A DNA stretch of 64,000 nt. Source: Pseudanabaena sp. SOY_30_concoct_251. Its GTDB lineage: Bacteria > Cyanobacteriota > Cyanobacteriia > Pseudanabaenales > Pseudanabaenaceae. Shown one piece after another: positions 59,726 to 64,000 of this stretch (its first letter is position 1; each line of letters opens with the position of its first letter). A program made the position numbers and the translations under genes. Below the pieces are notes generated by a model. That model was not told the DNA's origin. It worked only from the letters and a program-made list of their open reading frames with translations, and made no database searches. The DNA lies in NCBI GenBank assembly GCA_031388585.1, contig JANMRU010000141.1, positions 3,160 to 67,159 of the forward strand, written 5' to 3'.

Positions 59726-59766
59726 GGATAGGGCTAAAGGCGATAAATTTTAAATAATTAATTTTT

Positions 59767-59920
59767 AACAGGACTTACGTATTAATCCCCAAGAACTCAA
59801 GTTCTTGGCTCAAAGCTAAAGTCTGCTCAAGCAGACTAGGAAATGTCTACAATTAAGCTATTCCAAAAGGTTTAAGCTTTTAGACTGCAATTTACGGCAA
59901 GGCTTTTGCATACATCCTGT
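59767..59920 (+). mobile_element. Possible MITE with aacaggacttacgta / tgcatacatcctgtt imperfect termini
   Basis: The left end resembles the family B terminus aggacttacgca. It contains perfect hairpins ccaagaac-tca-gttcttgg and agtctgc-tcaa-gcagact. The right terminus matches 11 of 15 positions by eye. Confidence 0.4.
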
Positions 59921-60003
59921 TTAAAGCAATTGTGGTGAGAATACCTTATTGCAGGTAAAGAAGAAACCCCCATATTTAACGGTCATGTTCAGCACCTCAC
60001 CGA

Positions 60004-60390
60004 TCACTGCTCAATCGCGTTGGGTAATGCTTCAATGACGACGGTACCTCTCTCCACTGCTTGAATTCGCAAGTCATAGCCGTAAAGTAAACTCATTCCA
60101 ACTAATGGATCAGTTTCGGCAGAATTAATGGGGATACTTCGGAACTGACCATCCCATATCACGACTGCTTCATACACATTAAATGTAGTTTCACTGCCAT
60201 CCCCTAAAGTCCCTCGATCAAGGCCTGTCCAGGGCAGGGATAACTCAGTAATTATTTTGTCAGGTAAGCTCAAGAATCCTGTAAAACCTGTGTCGATAAC
60301 TGCATCAATCACTTGTCTCTTAGAATTGCTGTTCCCAATCACAATCCGCACTGTAGCTTCACAGTTTGCGTTGACAACACCAAGAATCAT
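60004..60390 (-). CDS. Retropepsin-like (clan AA) aspartic protease
   Basis: Active-site block AVIDTGFTGFLSLP in a 128-aa protein of about single-lobe size. The ATG at 60390 overlaps the upstream stop (ATGA). Confidence 0.7.
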   Translation of the reverse strand: MILGVVNANCEATVRIVIGNSNSKRQVIDAVIDTGFTGFLSLPDKIITELSLPWTGLDRGTLGDGSETTFNVYEAVVIWDGQFRSIPINSAETDPLVGMSLLYGYDLRIQAVERGTVVIEALPNAIEQ

Positions 60391-60662
60391 ACAGATTCTC
60401 TGAGGCTCCGAGCACCAAAGCGATGTACTGCCCGATAGCCAATACGGACGATCCACGGTTGGGCATCTGGCAGACGCTCAAATAGTTTATGTGTGGCAGC
60501 CAAAATATCATCGGCAATCTCAAAAGCTCCAGTTTCAATATCGATCGCCACAATTTTGCCATTGTTGTTTGCTTCAACTTGAGGGCGCACCTGAGACGCA
60601 TAGATCTCATCACCACGCCGTGCGAACTCCGCTTTACTGTAACGGGGCTGACGAACAATCAT
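60387..60662 (-). CDS. Small hypothetical protein translationally coupled to the aspartic protease
   Basis: 91 aa, with its stop overlapping the downstream ATG. No family recognised with confidence. Confidence 0.5.
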   Translation of the reverse strand: MIVRQPRYSKAEFARRGDEIYASQVRPQVEANNNGKIVAIDIETGAFEIADDILAATHKLFERLPDAQPWIVRIGYRAVHRFGARSLRESV

Positions 60663-60716
60663 AGGTTTGACCTAATTTCAACATTGCCACCCCTATTTTA
60701 GACTACGTGCGGTTAG

Positions 60717-60953
60717 CTAAATCCTCGAAGAATAGATCTCAAACCCAATGACTCCATGCGCACACTCAGCAAAAAGCTGATTTGCGGCCAACAGTTCGGG
60801 AATCATAACCCGCAATTTAGGGATCAGTACCTCCAGCGTTTCAGCTTCAGTGACAAGTCCTGGCACAGAATCACTCGTAGCGACCCAAACCGATGCCTCA
60901 TCATCCCAAAAGGCTTCTACCACAATCATAATTTCTGGATCTGCAGTCAACAT
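60717..60953 (-). CDS. DUF1902 domain protein (HicB-like antitoxin N-domain)
   Basis: EAFWDDEASVWVATSDSVPGLVTEAETLEVLIPKLRVMIPELL matches the DUF1902 pattern. An AAGGAG lies upstream of the ATG at 60953. Confidence 0.65.
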   Translation of the reverse strand: MLTADPEIMIVVEAFWDDEASVWVATSDSVPGLVTEAETLEVLIPKLRVMIPELLAANQLFAECAHGVIGFEIYSSRI

Positions 60954-61017
60954 TTTGTCTTTCTCCTTCGCTAGCGCCACCTGAAGTTTTGGGTAGAGAT
61001 ATCTCACCTATTTTAGG

Positions 61018-62112
61018 CTATATTCCTTCCGCTAAATCTGGGAAAGCCTCAGCAACAGCAGGATGCGCGATCGCACCGCCCTTAATATTTAGTCCTTTTG
61101 CCAGAGCAGGGTTGAGATTCAGAGCATCTAAGCCGCGATCGCTTAGCAACTGCACGTAGGGGAAAGTGGCATTTACCAACGCCTGTGTCGATGTCCACGG
61201 CACAGCACCAGGCATATTCGGTACACCGTAGTGCAATACACCTGCCATTTCGTAGACGGGATGGCTATGGGAAGTGGGATGCATGGTTTCAATGCAACCG
61301 CCTTGATCGACGGCAACATCAACGATGACGGAATGCGATCGCATCTGACTCACTACTTGCTTGGATACCAATATGGGCGCTCGACTCCCAGTTACCAGAA
61401 CTGCGCCCACGACTAAATCCGCATCTTTGACGGCTTCAGCAATATTGCTCGGATTGCTATACAGCAGCTCTACCCGCGAGCCAAAGATCGTCTCTAATTC
61501 GCCTAAACGCAACAAATTCACATCTAGAATCTGAACCCTTGCGCCCAGCCCGACCGCCATACGTGCCGCTTCAGTGCCAACTACGCCACCACCAATTACA
61601 GCTACCCGCCCTGGACGCACACCAGGAATGCCGCCCAACAATACACCGCTACCACCCTGCTGCTTAGTTAAGAAATGCGCTCCAAACTGCACCGATAAAC
61701 GCCCTGCAATAATGCTCATGGGTACGAGCAATGGCAACTGACCATTCGCGAGTTGTACAGTTTCGTAGGCGATGCAGGTTGCACCCGATCGCATTAAGGC
61801 GGCGGTTAATTCGCGATTGGCGGCTAGATGGAGGTAGGTAAATAGGAGCAGGCGATCATGCAGCAAGCCGTACTCAGAGGGCAACGGCTCTTTAACCTTC
61901 ACCACCATATCCTGGGCATAGATTTCCTCAGCACTAGCGGCGATCGCGGCACCAGATCCTTCATAATCGCGATCCGAAAATCCTGCCCCAACACCTGCGC
62001 CTGCCTGCACTTTCACGGTATGGGAACGGCTTACTAGAGTGGCGATCGCCGCAGGAGTCAGACCAACGCGAAATTCCTGATCTTTAATTTCCTTGGGAAT
62101 ACCGATTTTCAT
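61018..62112 (-). CDS. ald: Alanine dehydrogenase
   Basis: MKIGIPKEIKDQEFRVGLTP N-terminus and the NAD-binding GGGVVG motif. Confidence 0.9.
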   Translation of the reverse strand: MKIGIPKEIKDQEFRVGLTPAAIATLVSRSHTVKVQAGAGVGAGFSDRDYEGSGAAIAASAEEIYAQDMVVKVKEPLPSEYGLLHDRLLLFTYLHLAANRELTAALMRSGATCIAYETVQLANGQLPLLVPMSIIAGRLSVQFGAHFLTKQQGGSGVLLGGIPGVRPGRVAVIGGGVVGTEAARMAVGLGARVQILDVNLLRLGELETIFGSRVELLYSNPSNIAEAVKDADLVVGAVLVTGSRAPILVSKQVVSQMRSHSVIVDVAVDQGGCIETMHPTSHSHPVYEMAGVLHYGVPNMPGAVPWTSTQALVNATFPYVQLLSDRGLDALNLNPALAKGLNIKGGAIAHPAVAEAFPDLAEGI

Positions 62113-62140
62113 GCAGTTTTTATTCAGCTATTTTTCGCTA

Positions 62141-62782
62141 TCACTCGTTAAATGTCTCTTTCAACACCGTCCGAGCCGCAAGTTGACTGCGGGTAGATGA
62201 CAGAATCTCCGCTTCGCGGCGCAGTCTGGCAGCCGTATTCTGGGTTTCTAGTAATGCTTGTTGCTCGCCACTAGCACCATGAAAATTACTGGCAATCCAG
62301 TATGACAGTTCGATCGGACTGCGTGGAATTTGGGGTAGTTCGATCTCTTGCTCGGTCAGCTTTTGCGATAACCGCACGACATCGTCTAGTAGTTCGCGCA
62401 CTTCGTTTGCCAGTAAATAAGGGCTGTCATCACCTGGCTCATCTTCAATAAACTCGACTAACCCAACCCGATACGGAGTTTCGCGTGTATACTCCAGTAC
62501 CCGAAACCGTTGTTGCCCAACGGCAAGAAGCTTAAAGCGATCGTCAGGGAGACGATGGTATTGTAAAATCTTGGCCGCACAGCCCACATCCATAGGCTTC
62601 CCCCGTTCCGAGTCCCACATTTGCACTCCAAAGCAGCGATCGCCTTCGAGTACAGTGTTGATCATCATGCGGTAGCGATACTCGAAGATATGCAATGGTA
62701 GAGACTGACTGGGAAACAGTACTACCTCTGGCAACGGGAATAATGGTAATTCTCTAACTGTTAGGTAGGGTGATGTAGTCAT
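62141..62782 (-). CDS. LON substrate-binding (Lon N-terminal) domain protein
   Basis: LPLFPLPEVVLFPSQSLPLHIFEYRYRMM is the typical LON_substr_bdg start. There is no ATPase or protease domain. Confidence 0.8.
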   Translation of the reverse strand: MTTSPYLTVRELPLFPLPEVVLFPSQSLPLHIFEYRYRMMINTVLEGDRCFGVQMWDSERGKPMDVGCAAKILQYHRLPDDRFKLLAVGQQRFRVLEYTRETPYRVGLVEFIEDEPGDDSPYLLANEVRELLDDVVRLSQKLTEQEIELPQIPRSPIELSYWIASNFHGASGEQQALLETQNTAARLRREAEILSSTRSQLAARTVLKETFNE

Positions 62783-62871
62783 TGCGGATACCGTGCGTGA
62801 TATGGAGTGAAAGCGTTACCTTAGCCTAACATTCCTGGTTCGTGCTTGGCAGGAAGTTCTCATAATAACGA

Positions 62872-63315
62872 TTAGCTTTCGCGGCTACGAATCCGCTGCC
62901 AGTACTTAGATTCTTCGATCGCCGGACGCATCTGTTCGTAAAGCTCACGAACGTTGAGGGGCAAGCGTTCCAGACTCAGCATCGGCGTGCTTTTGTCCTG
63001 GGTGTATAGCACTATATTCCCAGTCCCCATCAAGCGCTGACCAAAAGGCTTTTCTAGCTTAATATCATCAATTAGATATAGTTCCAGCGTATCGGTTTTA
63101 CGGGAAAGTAACCCTGTTTCGATCACAATCCGCTGTGATGTGATTAGGTAATGGGTGGAAATGGTGCTAATCCAGAAATATAGCGCTCCTAGCCCCAGCG
63201 TGATAATCGACAAAAATAGCCTTGAAAGGCTGCCAATTATCGCAGGGCGACCATCGAAAAATACCGTTTCCGATCTGGTTTCTGATCTATCCGATCTAGG
63301 AGTATCGCTATACAT
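62872..63315 (-). CDS. Bacterial PH-domain (bPH_2/YdbS-like) membrane protein
   Basis: Two TM helices, then HYLITSQRIVIETGLLSRKTDTLELYLIDDIKLEKPFGQRLMGTGNIVL. Confidence 0.7.
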   Translation of the reverse strand: MYSDTPRSDRSETRSETVFFDGRPAIIGSLSRLFLSIITLGLGALYFWISTISTHYLITSQRIVIETGLLSRKTDTLELYLIDDIKLEKPFGQRLMGTGNIVLYTQDKSTPMLSLERLPLNVRELYEQMRPAIEESKYWQRIRSRES

Positions 63316-63347
63316 CTCTACTGATATTCACTGACACAAACTACAAA

Positions 63348-64000
63348 TTAGCCGCGCATTTTCTGCGACCATACACGCGTGGGCATACCCCATACGTAGA
63401 TGAAGCCCTCGGCAGCTTTGTGATCGAAGCGATCGGCGGAAGTATAGGTGGCAAGATCTTCGTCATAGAGACTGTTGACAGATTTGCGTCCCACAATTGT
63501 GGCATTGCCCTTCAAGAATTTGATGCGCACCACACCTGTTACTCTCTCCTGACTGCTTTTGATGAAAGCATCGAGCGCAGTTTTGAGGGGGCTATACCAA
63601 AGACCGTTATAGATCATCTTGGCGTAGGTATCTTCGATGCCGCGCTTGTATTGCGCCAGGTCTGATGTGAGCGTCAGACTTTCTAGATCGCGATGGGCTT
63701 GAATCAATACCAACATTGCGGGTACTTCGTAGATTTCCCGTGACTTGATTCCCACCAGGCGGTTTTCCACCATATCAATGCGACCAACGCCGTTGTTGCC
63801 AGCGATCGCATTTAGTTCGGTAATTAATGCCACTGGTGATAGGGCTTTGCCATCGATCGCGACAGGAATACCGCGCTCAAAGGCAATTTCTGTATAGGTT
63901 GGTTCGTTAGGAGTATCGGCGATCGCCTTGGTGAGCGCATAAATTTCTTCAGGTGGCTCTTGCCAGGCATCTTCTAGAACACCAGCTTCAATACTGCGTC
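63348..64000 (-). CDS. argG: Argininosuccinate synthase, N-terminus beyond the window edge
   Basis: [20 protein letters not shown] and the C-terminal [13 protein letters not shown]. The reading frame stays open to position 64000. Confidence 0.9.
   Translation of the reverse strand, partial: RSIEAGVLEDAWQEPPEEIYALTKAIADTPNEPTYTEIAFERGIPVAIDGKALSPVALITELNAIAGNNGVGRIDMVENRLVGIKSREIYEVPAMLVLIQAHRDLESLTLTSDLAQYKRGIEDTYAKMIYNGLWYSPLKTALDAFIKSSQERVTGVVRIKFLKGNATIVGRKSVNSLYDEDLATYTSADRFDHKAAEGFIYVWGMPTRVWSQKMRG

Noticed and set aside
1-64000. CRISPR arrays, rRNA, tRNA, tmRNA, or intact IS or prophage genes
   Set aside because: I found no repeat-spacer periodicity. The only tandem repeats are 9- to 12-bp microsatellites of 2-3 copies. 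None of the intergenic gaps showed cloverleaf-like tRNA sequence by eye, although a tRNAscan or Infernal run would be needed to be certain. I recognised no transposase or integrase ORF.

Overview
This window reads as a cyanobacterial chromosome segment. The HIP1 palindrome GCGATCGC is very frequent (not counted exactly), and petN, SLH/OprB-type porins and several cyanobacteria-typical DUF proteins are present. Most of it is densely packed housekeeping: glk, dxr, tpiA, RNase II, moaE, ftsH, cobD, argD, gnd, pyk, ribF, nagA, queG, lysA-cdaA-uppS, an unsplit dnaE, ftsEX, ald and argG. I recognised no rRNA, tRNA, CRISPR array or intact IS element or prophage. Four things stand out. (1) A minus-strand operon at 23025..28372 is led by a textbook guanidine-I (ykkC) riboswitch. 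It encodes an arginase-fold enzyme, HypA-like and HypB-like nickel chaperones, and a NitT/TauT-type ABC importer. This matches a guanidine uptake plus Ni-dependent guanidine hydrolase (GdmH-type) system that routine annotation would mislabel as agmatinase, hydrogenase maturation and nitrate/sulfonate transport. (2) A cobalamin riboswitch at 46905..47075 (-) drives a CbtB-like mini-protein and an uncharacterised, internally duplicated 394-aa membrane protein that sits where CbtA would be expected. (3) There are three small accessory modules: a putative PD-(D/E)xK nuclease with an acidic partner, a retropepsin-like protease with an overlapping partner, and an orphan DUF1902 gene. A class-3 lipase gene lies in similar DNA. 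All of these are visibly AT-richer and lack HIP1. (4) Several related MITE-like repeat families share TATAGC-type termini and paired GC hairpins, and they nest between two tandem porin paralogs. Also present are a third, decayed porin fragment and the 29-codon petN gene, which the ORF track missed. All function calls come from motif reading by eye; no database search was run.
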